This document shows, one piece after another, positions 1-9,492 of a DNA stretch of 41,133 bases. The first letter of the stretch is position 1, and every line of letters begins with the position of its first letter. The DNA comes from a virus. Its lineage: Duplodnaviria; Caudoviricetes. A program made the translations under genes and the position numbers. The DNA is taken from positions 1 to 41,133 of IMG/VR virus record IMGVR_UViG_3300020440_000028; one strand, 5' to 3'. The notes below the pieces were generated by a model. The model saw only the letters and a list, made by a program, of their open reading frames with translations, was not told the origin of the DNA and searched no databases.

Positions 1-20
1 TTGTTCTTCAGCCATTTAAC

Positions 21-881
21 TTACTCCTTCACGTATTTCGCGTATTCTTCAAGTGGCACACCCAATTTTTTAGCTATTGCAACTTGGCTAGGGGTGAGTC
101 TAACCTTTTTATTACTACTGCGCCCAGTGGTTGTGCGGGACACGGAAGCTACCGTCTGAGCGGGTCGCTTGCTTCCCCCGTTAAACTTATGCGGAAACTC
201 TGTCTGCACTCGTCTGTCAAGTTCAGTATAGTACTCATCGGAGTTCGGGTCAAACCCTTCTTCCTCAATTAATTTTTTATGAATACCAAAAGCTGCATAA
301 GTCATTGCTTCATCCTGCCCAAACCAATCATTTTTAGAAGCCCATGCTTCCGCCTTTGGAGAAGGTTTTCGTGCAGGTTGTTGTACTTGTTGTTGCGGTT
401 GGGGCTGCTCTTGTTGTTGTTTAGCCAACCGCTCCTGTTGTTGTTTAGCCTGTTGCGCTCGGTCATTCTCTATTGCTAAAGAAGTTATTTTACGTTGCGC
501 CTCAACAACAGCGTTAGTGTCGCCCACTTCCATGGCCTTAGCCATTTCTTGTTCGGCTGCCGTCATCTGAGATTCTACCCGTGTGCTATACTCAGTCACA
601 TAATTTGTGTCCAAAGTATTCATACGGTTTCTAAGTTCTGTGGATTCCGCCCGCACTTTTTGGGCATAATTTATTGCTTCTTCACGCTGACGTTCCGCCT
701 CACGGATCTTTTTAGTCAAACGATCAATACGCTTCTGTGTTTTAGATTCCGCTTTTTCAAAGTTGTCTGGTTTCTCGACCTCGACAGTCTCTACCTTATT
801 TTCTTCTTTTTCGTCCTGCTTCACCTCTACTTCGGTGTCCTGCTCTTCTTCAAGCTCAAGTTCTATTTGTTGCTCTGCCAT
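21..881 (-). CDS. probable capsid scaffolding protein
   Basis: Acidic N-terminus, long coiled coil (KRIDRLTKKIREAERQ), WASKNDWFG motif, C-terminal LTPSQVAIAKKLGVPLEEYAK tail; head-module position. Confidence 0.7.
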   Translation of the reverse strand: MAEQQIELELEEEQDTEVEVKQDEKEENKVETVEVEKPDNFEKAESKTQKRIDRLTKKIREAERQREEAINYAQKVRAESTELRNRMNTLDTNYVTEYSTRVESQMTAAEQEMAKAMEVGDTNAVVEAQRKITSLAIENDRAQQAKQQQERLAKQQQEQPQPQQQVQQPARKPSPKAEAWASKNDWFGQDEAMTYAAFGIHKKLIEEEGFDPNSDEYYTELDRRVQTEFPHKFNGGSKRPAQTVASVSRTTTGRSSNKKVRLTPSQVAIAKKLGVPLEEYAKYVKE

Positions 882-890
882 TATTTACTC

Positions 891-1307
891 CTAGAAATGC
901 AAAATGTCTTCAGGTTCTAATATCTTAGCAAGGACCTCATCGTCATTAAGTATCCTTACTTCGCCCCCATCTATCTTAAAACGCGATCCGGCATATCGAG
1001 CAAACATTACCCAATTACCGGCTTCACACCACGCCCCAGTAGGAAACTTCTCTTTGTCCTTAAAAGCTAAGTCGCCTACCTTCAATACATAGCCCACTTG
1101 TGTGGATATTGTATTTTCTTCAACAACATTTTCCGGCAGATATATTCCGCCCTCTGTTTTGCCTTTGCCTTTGTAAGGAAGTATCAAAAGTCTCCAACCT
1201 GTGGGGGTTGGCATTCTTTCTAAAAGTGTTGCGCTGAGTGCTTCTGGGTTTAAGACTTTTTCTTTTGAATCCACATACGCCTCAGCAACCGATTCTGCTT
1301 TAGTCAT
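891..1307 (-). CDS. groES: phage co-chaperonin, GroES/Cpn10 family
   Basis: PTGWRLLI, TEGGIYLP mobile loop, FARYAGSRFKIDG, RILNDDEVLA. Confidence 0.9.
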   Translation of the reverse strand: MTKAESVAEAYVDSKEKVLNPEALSATLLERMPTPTGWRLLILPYKGKGKTEGGIYLPENVVEENTISTQVGYVLKVGDLAFKDKEKFPTGAWCEAGNWVMFARYAGSRFKIDGGEVRILNDDEVLAKILEPEDILHF

Positions 1308-1497
1308 TTAAACGCTCCTGTTTATCTAGCAGGCCCTTGAGTTCCTGTTCCACGTGATTAAGAGCAGAAAGATTGCCCATCATTTCACGATATTGCTCCA
1401 TATTTTTTATCTGGTCGAAAAGTAGTTGCTCTTGCACAAAAGACTTACGGTCATTAATAATTCTGTAAATGGCCTGTGCCAGTTGTACTCCGTCCAA
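1300..1497 (-). CDS. hypothetical head-module protein (TTG start)
   Basis: GGAG SD upstream, helical 65 aa, overlaps groES start. Confidence 0.75.
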   Translation of the reverse strand: MDGVQLAQAIYRIINDRKSFVQEQLLFDQIKNMEQYREMMGNLSALNHVEQELKGLLDKQERLND

Positions 1498-1551
1498 AAT
1501 TTAACTCCAGATAAGACTTACCCTAGTATTATGCGAAAATATAAGGCTTGT

Positions 1552-2019
1552 CTAGTTCTTTTCGAAGTGAGGTCCATCGATGAACGGGCGGCGTGATTGC
1601 GAGCGACGTAAATCGATATATGCGTTCATTGCTTCCTCTGCTGTGCCCTCCCAATCCCGAAGGTCATCTATTTGCCATGCGGCGCCCCACCTAATTTTAA
1701 CGCCTTCTCGCACCGCTGCTTCTTTCATAGCATCTGCTATCTCATCATAAACTGCGATTTCCCAACATGGCTGTCCGTCTTGGTACGCCATTAAATCGAC
1801 AGCGTGTGCTGTGCCATCATCTTGCAAAAGGTGTTTACTACGCATAGTCTGGGATCGGCCCGATTTAAAAAGCTTTTCCTGTTCAGCTAAAGAACGAACC
1901 CCATAAATCACGCCAAAATCGACGGATGTCAGCTCAATCGCCTTCTTTACTGTCTCTACCAGATCCTCGCTTACGCCCTCCAGTTTCCCCAGACTCCTGT
2001 TTGATAATTTGAATGCCAT
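1552..2019 (-). CDS. endolysin, M15-family L-Ala-D-Glu peptidase
   Basis: FKLSNRSLGKLEGV, GVRSLAEQ, SKHL..AHAVDL, WGAAW, DGPHFE; start moved to MAFKLS (GGAG SD). Confidence 0.9.
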   Translation of the reverse strand: MAFKLSNRSLGKLEGVSEDLVETVKKAIELTSVDFGVIYGVRSLAEQEKLFKSGRSQTMRSKHLLQDDGTAHAVDLMAYQDGQPCWEIAVYDEIADAMKEAAVREGVKIRWGAAWQIDDLRDWEGTAEEAMNAYIDLRRSQSRRPFIDGPHFEKN

Positions 2020-2158
2020 CTTTTTTCTCCTGCTTTTTGTGGACAAAATCAATCCACTCTTTGTTCATATCATAGAAGTATTGACAATATTTACAACGCA
2101 AACTTTCGTCTACGTTTTCCATATCGTGGCCACAAACATCACACGTGGCGGTGTTTAT
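1934..2158 (-). CDS. small zinc-ribbon protein (CDVC...CKYC), probable non-ATG start
   Basis: First CxxC lies in frame upstream of the first ATG (2122); ATA at 2156-2158 overlaps the holin stop. Confidence 0.55.
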   Translation of the reverse strand: MNTATCDVCGHDMENVDESLRCKYCQYFYDMNKEWIDFVHKKQEKKDGIQIIKQESGETGGRKRGSGRDSKEGD

Positions 2159-2550
2159 TTTGTTAATCCTTTTTGCTTTTCATACGTGCGGAGTCCCCCG
2201 ATTCCAAGCATACCGCCCAAAACGGTTAGAAGCGTACCCATATCGAACTCGGGAAGCTCAGGTAATTCCACACCGGCAATTGCACAGCTAAAGATAATTA
2301 AGTCTTTAAGGATAAAATGATATAAGAAGGCAAACGCACAGCACCAACCCACTGCCGGGCGCCATCCGCCCTTAAACAATGAGCCCGACGCCGCTTCGGC
2401 CTTGTTAACTTCTATCTGTGAAAGCGCAAGCTCTTGAGCGTGTTTCTGCCCCATCGTGGCTATTTCATGCGCCAATTTTGCTTTTTCGTCCTTATCTTCT
2501 ATAAATTTATCAAGAAGACCGCTTACAGGACCTATGAGAGATTGTAACAT
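2155..2550 (-). CDS. holin, 3-TM (GTA-type) family
   Basis: LLDKFIEDKDEK, GGWRPAVGW, LGGMLGIGGLRTYEK; close to endolysin. Confidence 0.88.
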   Translation of the reverse strand: MLQSLIGPVSGLLDKFIEDKDEKAKLAHEIATMGQKHAQELALSQIEVNKAEAASGSLFKGGWRPAVGWCCAFAFLYHFILKDLIIFSCAIAGVELPELPEFDMGTLLTVLGGMLGIGGLRTYEKQKGLTK

Positions 2551-2552
2551 AA

Positions 2553-2822
2553 TTAATCCTTTGGTGGTATGGGCCTTCCGGGTGTAACTGTCCCGTCAGG
2601 ATGATATATTGGTTTAGTATAACGTATACTACCTTTGCCCTTCTCTAATTTTAATTTCTTCGCATCTTGCTCAATAATCCGTGGGACACCATAGATATTA
2701 TTTTCGAGAGAGGCTAGTTGTTTTTCAAGGGATTTTAATTCTTTATCCCCACCGCCCATCTTAACTTTTTGCCTACCCCTATGTGTTAGAGTTGCAAAAT
2801 CTCCTCTTCTACTTGCTGCCAT
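2553..2822 (-). CDS. hypothetical basic protein
   Basis: Tightly packed in operon, GGAG upstream. Confidence 0.6.
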   Translation of the reverse strand: MAASRRGDFATLTHRGRQKVKMGGGDKELKSLEKQLASLENNIYGVPRIIEQDAKKLKLEKGKGSIRYTKPIYHPDGTVTPGRPIPPKD

Positions 2823-3150
2823 CTTTTAGTTCTCCTCTTTTAGATAATTGATTAAACCCGATAAAAGAAGCCAAGACTCCCATGTTACTCAATACCCAAA
2901 TTTCGGCGATTCCTGAGAGGTGGTCAATTCTTTCAATAGGAACAAGGGGCGTCATTAGCACTATAATAAAAGCTGTTACGGTAAGTGCTGAAAACCACAC
3001 AAGATATCGTTGTTGATCTTCTTTTTTATCACGGTTCTCCAAAAGCACCATACGCTCTTTGATAGCCATCTCTTTATCGGTTACCATACCATCACCATTT
3101 GTGTCGGCTTTCTCCCAAATAGACCCTTTTTCTAACGTCTTTTGTGTCAC
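2809..3150 (-). CDS. two-TM membrane protein with EF-hand-like loop
   Basis: DTNGDGMVTDKE plus two hydrophobic helices; GTG start with GGAGG SD. Confidence 0.75.
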   Translation of the reverse strand: MTQKTLEKGSIWEKADTNGDGMVTDKEMAIKERMVLLENRDKKEDQQRYLVWFSALTVTAFIIVLMTPLVPIERIDHLSGIAEIWVLSNMGVLASFIGFNQLSKRGELKDGSK

Positions 3151-3335
3151 TCTTCCCTCCTCTCTGCTACTTTTGGTTTACAGTATGCAGAAAAAGTATT
3201 TCTTGTTTGTCGCTCATTATAAAAATTTATTTTCTCCGCATACCAGTTGCACTTATCAATACTACCATATTCTATAGAATCATCGTAAATTTCACTACCT
3301 TCAAGAATAACTAACACAAACAATAACACTTTCAT
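3147..3335 (-). CDS. small exported/membrane protein with Cys pair
   Basis: Hydrophobic N-terminus, C...C pair, 4-nt overlaps on both sides. Confidence 0.7.
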   Translation of the reverse strand: MKVLLFVLVILEGSEIYDDSIEYGSIDKCNWYAEKINFYNERQTRNTFSAYCKPKVAERREE

Positions 3336-3790
3336 TTTTTAAAACTATCATTTAACGAATCAACAACACTGTCAATATTTGGTTCTGTGCCCCCGGGCTC
3401 ATACTTACATCTATATTCTACAGGACATTGGCCCTCAACAACAAGCGAATACGTCTCGTTTGCCCCTTTATACAAACAAACCTCTTGACCGTTTTTAGCC
3501 GTTTTGCGCTTATAGCGACGGCACGTTATATACTTTGGGTCCTCTCGTATCCCTTTACGAACCTCTTGCTCCCAAGTCCAATCACTAAATTTTTTTAAAA
3601 AACAACTAAAACATTGAATAATATTTTCTGATTGTGCTAAATATATCACACCTTCATGCGCACAAAGCCATTCAAACGTTTCCTGACCGCCTTGTTTACG
3701 AACACAATTAGTTGAACCATCCTCTGTCAAGTCCCATAAGGGAGTAGACGAAGAGGCCAAGAAGACCCAAGCCAACAGCAAGCACAACGG
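3332..3790 (-). CDS. Cys-rich probably secreted protein (start uncertain)
   Basis: Signal-like LCLLLAWVFLASS overlapping the end of the upstream gene; many Cys; 5' part of the 207-aa ORF is overlap. Confidence 0.6.
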   Translation of the reverse strand, partial: PLCLLLAWVFLASSSTPLWDLTEDGSTNCVRKQGGQETFEWLCAHEGVIYLAQSENIIQCFSCFLKKFSDWTWEQEVRKGIREDPKYITCRRYKRKTAKNGQEVCLYKGANETYSLVVEGQCPVEYRCKYEPGGTEPNIDSVVDSLNDSFKK

Positions 3791-4205
3791 TAAGTGCCAC
3801 GATGCCGATAACTTTTTCCCTAAATATCTTTTTATCATATATCTCCTGCTGCCTACGCTTCCGTATCTGCCCCTCCATTCGTAATAACTCGTCCCAAGCA
3901 GCCGTTCCGTGCGTAAACTTAATAAACTGTTGTAGCTCGTATCGCTGCTCTTCAAGTTTCTTTTTTGCTGCGAAAGCTTCGATTGCCTCTTGTTCTACCG
4001 TGCCCCCACCAAATACCTTACGAAACATAGTAGGATTCTTTGCTGATTTATGTGCGGCATCCACATCAGACACAGCACCCATCCATCTTGACAGATCCTG
4101 TGACATACTTTCAAGATCGCGCCCTGCCTGAAAGGCGCGCTTAATACCTGAAAAAGCCGTACTTGCGGTAGCTACAGCAGCAGAAATAGTGATTGGATCG
4201 AACAT
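3708..4205 (-). CDS. coiled-coil membrane protein at head of lysis/membrane cluster
   Basis: MFDPITISAAVATAS start, C-terminal TM helix; leader carries AACTACGGGA box. Confidence 0.8.
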   Translation of the reverse strand: MFDPITISAAVATASTAFSGIKRAFQAGRDLESMSQDLSRWMGAVSDVDAAHKSAKNPTMFRKVFGGGTVEQEAIEAFAAKKKLEEQRYELQQFIKFTHGTAAWDELLRMEGQIRKRRQQEIYDKKIFREKVIGIVALTVVLAVGLGLLGLFVYSLMGLDRGWFN

Positions 4206-4229
4206 AGATTTTCCCGTAGTTGCATGAGA

Positions 4230-4421
4230 TTACTTCACCTTACCGCCTTTTTTCTTTTTAATAATCTTCTTTTTTAAACCTTTTGCACCCTTTGCGGCGC
4301 CTAAAAGACTACCACTTAAACCTTTGATTGGAGGCAGTGTTTTTGCTGCCGCACCTCCCAGTGTAGCGCCTGCCATTCTTCCTAAAAGATCTTTGTAATA
4401 CGACATATCTGTTTTACTCAT
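4230..4421 (-). CDS. small Lys/Gly-rich protein
   Basis: Follows portal; ends KKKGGKVK. Confidence 0.6.
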   Translation of the reverse strand: MSKTDMSYYKDLLGRMAGATLGGAAAKTLPPIKGLSGSLLGAAKGAKGLKKKIIKKKKGGKVK

Positions 4422-4423
4422 AA

Positions 4424-6829
4424 TTACTGTCCTTTCGATTTGATAAATTCTCTTTGCATTGCTGCATCTATACGTGCTGCTGTCTGTCGTTCCTGACTGG
4501 ACAACCGCTGTTGGAACTGATCGGCACGTAATCTCTGATTCTGTGCATCAAGATTAAGCTTTGCCTGATCGTTCTGCGCATCATTCTGTTCTGCCTGTGC
4601 TCTAAGCTGCAACTCTTTCTCCTTGAGCTGAACCAGTGGATCTGGTCCCTGACCCGAGGCCTGTTGTGATAGTTGCCTCAACTGCTGCATACCCTGCGCT
4701 ACAAACTTAGCTTTGATCGCCTCCATCAGCATCTCCTGCTGTTCCGGCGCCATAGGTCCCTGATTACGCATCTCCAACATCGCCATCTCTTCCGCCTGTA
4801 TCTGCACATGTTCAATACAATGCTTCTGTAACGCCATAGCCAATGCCGGCATACCACCAATCATGGGGGACGCTCCAAACACTAAATGCGCCATAATGTG
4901 GGACTCATGGTCTTGTCCCTGAAACGCTTTCAACGTTACCATATCCATAACATCTATGTTCTCTTGCGCAGGATCTTTTGGTGTAGGTTCCTCATCGGGC
5001 ACACGCTTCATAATCCTATCGGTATCTTTAACACCCAACGCATCATACATATCACGATACACTTCATACATATTATGCAGATCAGGGGCGGCTCCTGCTA
5101 ACTGTAGCTTAGTTTGCGCTAACGCAATCCTTTGTGCCTGTGAAAAGACATTTGGGTCCGATACAGGAACAACATCCACCCTATCGTCAAAGTCGGTCGC
5201 CTTTACCGCACTATCCTCACCCTCAACAGAATAGGGGTATTCACCGGGTAAACTCTCGCTCATTACCCTTGATAGGATCTTAAACTCCAAGCGCATCGCA
5301 TAATGCAATCTCTTATGCACCGCACTCATCACCCGTGAGCCCTGCTCCAATAACGCTATAGTCGTACCGACAGCGGCCTGCTGATTACCATCGCCAACCT
5401 TCATATCCGTAATCGTGGCAAACCTACGTCCTGCATCAACAACAAATCCCAATAACTGGAATAAGGTTCCGTCAGGACCTTTAAATGGCAGCGGCATCAG
5501 GCTGTCACGAATAGCCCCACCGGGAGCATCCACATCGCGGAACTCACCGGGCTGAAGCGGATCATCGTCGTCTCGGATTCGTAGTCCACGGGCCTTAAAA
5601 CCCGCAGGAAGGTTGGACAACGTACCGGCGTCGATTAGCTGCCTCAGAGCCGCTGTGGCGGTTCGTGACAACCCGCCAATCGTGTGAATAAGTCCCAACC
5701 CATAGAAACCAAAACCGGGTAGAAACTTATAGTGCACAAAATACTGTATCTTGCGCTTCATATCATCATCTTCACGATAATTACGGCGTATGGACAATAT
5801 CTGCCCATTGTCCTGACTAATTGTCACCACATACGGCACTTTTATGCCTGTGGGCTCTCCATCATCATCTGTTTCCTCATAGCCCTCAATGTCTAAATCC
5901 ACATGACATTCCAACAAAGTACAGTCATAATCTATCTGAGAGGGCGTCATACCATCAATTCTATTGATCTCATCGGTAACAGAATCGCCTTCAGACTGCC
6001 CCGGAAGCACCGGAATATCGAGATAAAACCCCGATATTTGCTTCTTTCTGAGCTCATTTAGCGATATTCTTAGCGTTTGCGTAATATTTGGGCACGTTTC
6101 GAGGTCAGAAGTCTCGTATGGCACCACTAAATGCTCTGCGGGTATAAATTTAGATACCGCTCTGCCTAAATTTTCATCATAATACACTTTTTTGAACGTA
6201 GAACCGGCCAAAGGCAGATAAAATAGCATCTGATCGAGCTCTGGCGTGTATTCTTCCATTACATTTGTGATGTAATAGTTCATAAATTGCCGTACACGCT
6301 GCGATTGCTGCTGTTTATCGCGTGTTTCGGCCCCAACTATGGCTGTTCGGACGGGACCCGAGGACGGAAGCAGCTCATTAAACGCCTGTGCCTGAAATTG
6401 TGTTGCCGCTTCGGCTAATAAAGGGTGTGTTACCCCCGAAGAACCCCGAAAAGGCTGCGTTCTCTCTTCATAATTAAACCCTAACAGCTCCAAACCGTTA
6501 GCATAAGCGTCTTCCCACTCCTGACGACTTGCTTTATTCGCGTCATACTCTCCTAAAAGCTCTCCTGCAATGCGTCCAAGCTCTCTATCGGGCATTTCTT
6601 CGGCTAAATTAGAATAAAAATCATCACTCATGCCTCTTTGATCGGTCGGCTCAAAGTCCACGGTCACACCGCCATCATCTTCCGCAGTAATCTCTATGTC
6701 CATGTTTTCCGCTTCAACATCCATATCCACCATCGCTATCGGCTCCATACTACCGGGGACCTCTAGCTCTACTTCTGCGGCCAGATCTTCTGGATCAAGC
6801 TGTGATGGTATTCCTTTTTCTATAGCCAT
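4424..6829 (-). CDS. portal protein
   Basis: 801 aa directly after TerL; HPLLAEA, FYLPLAGSTFKKVYYD, GFYGLGL, LIDAGTLSNLP; Gln-rich helical C-terminal barrel. Confidence 0.9.
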   Translation of the reverse strand: MAIEKGIPSQLDPEDLAAEVELEVPGSMEPIAMVDMDVEAENMDIEITAEDDGGVTVDFEPTDQRGMSDDFYSNLAEEMPDRELGRIAGELLGEYDANKASRQEWEDAYANGLELLGFNYEERTQPFRGSSGVTHPLLAEAATQFQAQAFNELLPSSGPVRTAIVGAETRDKQQQSQRVRQFMNYYITNVMEEYTPELDQMLFYLPLAGSTFKKVYYDENLGRAVSKFIPAEHLVVPYETSDLETCPNITQTLRISLNELRKKQISGFYLDIPVLPGQSEGDSVTDEINRIDGMTPSQIDYDCTLLECHVDLDIEGYEETDDDGEPTGIKVPYVVTISQDNGQILSIRRNYREDDDMKRKIQYFVHYKFLPGFGFYGLGLIHTIGGLSRTATAALRQLIDAGTLSNLPAGFKARGLRIRDDDDPLQPGEFRDVDAPGGAIRDSLMPLPFKGPDGTLFQLLGFVVDAGRRFATITDMKVGDGNQQAAVGTTIALLEQGSRVMSAVHKRLHYAMRLEFKILSRVMSESLPGEYPYSVEGEDSAVKATDFDDRVDVVPVSDPNVFSQAQRIALAQTKLQLAGAAPDLHNMYEVYRDMYDALGVKDTDRIMKRVPDEEPTPKDPAQENIDVMDMVTLKAFQGQDHESHIMAHLVFGASPMIGGMPALAMALQKHCIEHVQIQAEEMAMLEMRNQGPMAPEQQEMLMEAIKAKFVAQGMQQLRQLSQQASGQGPDPLVQLKEKELQLRAQAEQNDAQNDQAKLNLDAQNQRLRADQFQQRLSSQERQTAARIDAAMQREFIKSKGQ

Positions 6830-8274
6830 TAGTAATATGCCTTTACTTGAACGTTGTTATCCTCTTCTTCCCAATCGTCAGTAGGTAGCTGTACAAAGTT
6901 ACCCTGACGATACCGCATCAAAGCCTGTGTCATACTATCCACAAGGTCATCATACTCGCCATTTGGAAAAGCTGCAACCTCTTCTATCATTTCATCCGCA
7001 AACTTCGTGTCTGGTGCGTACACCATGCCTGCTTCAAAAAGAACCGATACAGAGTGCACGCGGGTCACCTTATCATTTCCTTTACTCGGTGTAAAGTTAA
7101 CAACAGGTATACCCATGTTCCGTAGTTCATGGGTCAAGGGCAGCCCCGTTGCCTTCGCTTCTATTATAATCGTATCCGGCTCCCAGTACTTATATTGCTC
7201 TAACGCTACCTGCTTTAACTCAGGAAAGTCCCACCTGTCCTTCTGACTATCAAGAAGTATCAACGCCGGGGGACCCCCTGCTTCTTCCGGATAAAATACA
7301 CCCCATGTCGTAATCGCACTATAGTCCGATGTCTCCCTCTTCGTAAACGCCGTATCATAACTTTGTATCACATACTCAAGATTGGGAATACTCTCCTTCT
7401 CCCACTTCTGCCACCACTCACGTGGTATGATCGCATTCTCCTCACCCGTCGGATTCTGCTGATATTGCGCGTTCCATTTACTAGGCGGAATAGACGCGCG
7501 TACCGCTGTTAAATCCTCAAGGCTCCAGAACTCCGGCCAACAGGGACTACCATCATCAAAAATCGCCGGCAACTCCACAACTTCCCACTGGTCCGCTAAC
7601 TCATCCTTCGCCATCGCACGCATCAACTGTCCCGTCATATCCTTCTCGGACCACCTTGTCTGAACCAAAACAATACTACCACCCGGCTGTAGTCTCTGTC
7701 GGGGGCCCCCAGTATACCAGTCCCACGCATCATCAAAACCCGTATTCGACATCGCCGTCTGCTCCGAGTGCGGGTCATCTATAATCACCAAGTCGCCACC
7801 ACGACCCGCTAAGTTCGAACCCACACCAACAGCATAATACATACCGCCCGATGTCGTGTCCCAACGACCGGATGCTTTACTGTCCGCCGACAGATTCACA
7901 GACGGAAAGATATCCTTGTAATCGTCACTATCAATAAGGTTCTTGGTCTTACGTCCAAAGTTCACGGCCAACTCCGTGGTGTGTGTCGCCTGAATAATCT
8001 TCATCTTAGGATTACGGCCCATCATCCACGCCGGAAACAGAAAGCTTGCAAACTCCGACTTTGTATGTCTCGGCGCCATATTAATAATCAAACGCTTCAG
8101 CTCACCGCGTGCCACACGCTCTAACTTCTCGGCAATAATCTTATGGTGCCGACCGACAATAAAATCCGGCCACATATTTTTTACAAAAATTAAAAAGTCC
8201 TCTTGACACCTTTCGTGCTTTTCTAATTGTGCCAGTCTTAATTTAAGCTTGGCCTCCTGCTCGGAAACATCCAT
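6829..8274 (-). CDS. terL: terminase large subunit
   Basis: INMAPRHTKS Walker A variant, IIDDP Walker B, QSYDTA and DDLVDS nuclease motifs. Confidence 0.96.
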   Translation of the reverse strand: MDVSEQEAKLKLRLAQLEKHERCQEDFLIFVKNMWPDFIVGRHHKIIAEKLERVARGELKRLIINMAPRHTKSEFASFLFPAWMMGRNPKMKIIQATHTTELAVNFGRKTKNLIDSDDYKDIFPSVNLSADSKASGRWDTTSGGMYYAVGVGSNLAGRGGDLVIIDDPHSEQTAMSNTGFDDAWDWYTGGPRQRLQPGGSIVLVQTRWSEKDMTGQLMRAMAKDELADQWEVVELPAIFDDGSPCWPEFWSLEDLTAVRASIPPSKWNAQYQQNPTGEENAIIPREWWQKWEKESIPNLEYVIQSYDTAFTKRETSDYSAITTWGVFYPEEAGGPPALILLDSQKDRWDFPELKQVALEQYKYWEPDTIIIEAKATGLPLTHELRNMGIPVVNFTPSKGNDKVTRVHSVSVLFEAGMVYAPDTKFADEMIEEVAAFPNGEYDDLVDSMTQALMRYRQGNFVQLPTDDWEEEDNNVQVKAYY

Positions 8275-8684
8275 CAGGGGGCCCCTACAATTTTAAAAAA
8301 CATATCGTCCCAACGAAACGGCTGCATGCAATGAAACTCCGGCTTCTTATCTTTCAATCCGTCCATCTTCAAATCTACCGCATCCTCTGCCTTAAACAAA
8401 AATAATTCTGCGCGTTCCGACGGCTTCTTCTGTTTCTTAATCAATATCCAACAAGAGGCGTGTTTGTGTTTCGTGAGCCACGATACCTGTGACGGGCGCA
8501 GGTCTACTTTGTCCGTCGTCGTAAACTTGAGCTCAACAAAATGAAAACAACCATGGGTATCACAGAGGAGGACGTCTGGGATTCCGGCTCCGACCCAGTT
8601 CTCAATTCGTGTTAGCGACAGCTTTCGACTTACTCTTTGCGCCGCTTCCTTCACTTGTTTGTAAAAGCCGCTCTCCTTCTTCAC
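8274..8684 (-). CDS. VRR-NUC / Holliday-junction-resolvase-like PD-(D/E)xK nuclease
   Basis: RIEN..GAGIPD...FVELK...LRPSQVSW; likely GTG start at 8684. Confidence 0.8.
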   Translation of the reverse strand: MKKESGFYKQVKEAAQRVSRKLSLTRIENWVGAGIPDVLLCDTHGCFHFVELKFTTTDKVDLRPSQVSWLTKHKHASCWILIKKQKKPSERAELFLFKAEDAVDLKMDGLKDKKPEFHCMQPFRWDDMFFKIVGAP

Positions 8685-9222
8685 GGCTATCGTTATCCTC
8701 TTCTGGGGTGATGTCGATTGTGACTGGGGCATAACTCTCCTTTATCTCCTTCAATGCTTTCATAACTTCCTCCTTAGACATACTGTCTATGCTCCCGTGT
8801 CGTATCTCTGATTTATTAACATATATATCGCCCTGCGCCATACCACGACGAAACTCTGCCTGCACCGCTGCCGAGTACGCACCATTCGCCAATGCCTCGT
8901 CCCGAATACGCTGCAAATCCCTTACGTGTCGCGAAAAGGTAATACTATATTTTTCATCCAAAGCCCGACGATATTCTTTGATCGCATGAACAACGTGCGG
9001 CGAGATATTCGGGTTCGTCAACTCATAAGCGCGTGTGTGCGCACTCGTTGCACTGTACCCGGCATTCTCTGCTGCTTCGCGTAACGTGACCTGCCCATCG
9101 CGGCTAACAAGCTCGCGGACAAACAGTTCTTGCTTTCGTGTCAAAGGGGTTTTTATGGTGGCGGGCTTTCGACCACGTGTCTCGTAACGTATGCCCGCTT
9201 TGCCTAGTTTTCGCTTCTTCAT
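8602..9222 (-). CDS. terS: terminase small subunit
   Basis: LTRKQELFV...AAENAGYS HTH, upstream of TerL. Confidence 0.8.
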   Translation of the reverse strand: MKKRKLGKAGIRYETRGRKPATIKTPLTRKQELFVRELVSRDGQVTLREAAENAGYSATSAHTRAYELTNPNISPHVVHAIKEYRRALDEKYSITFSRHVRDLQRIRDEALANGAYSAAVQAEFRRGMAQGDIYVNKSEIRHGSIDSMSKEEVMKALKEIKESYAPVTIDITPEEDNDSREEGERLLQTSEGSGAKSKSKAVANTN

Positions 9223-9314
9223 TCTCGGACCTCGGTTGATGGTTAATAAACAGCCTTAATATGCACGTTTTTTAGGCAGTTAACAAGAACCTTTTTTCTG
9301 CACAATATTTAGGC

Positions 9315-9334
9315 AATGTTTCACGTGAAACATT
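9315..9334. promoter_or_regulatory. parS: parS site (ParB-binding palindrome)
   Basis: AATGTTTCACGTGAAACATT, 20-bp perfect palindrome with canonical 16-bp core at 9317-9332. Confidence 0.8.
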
Positions 9335-9492
9335 CATACGATTTTTCTGGTAATTATTCGTGAAAAACATGGCCCATGCACTAGTGCCGACAGCCTGTGG
9401 GCGCGGTTTCTGGGGCGCTTTTTTTTGTTCTCGGTCCCCGCAACTTGACCCGATATCGGAAGGGACCCGAGCAAAAATAAAGATACTCGGCA

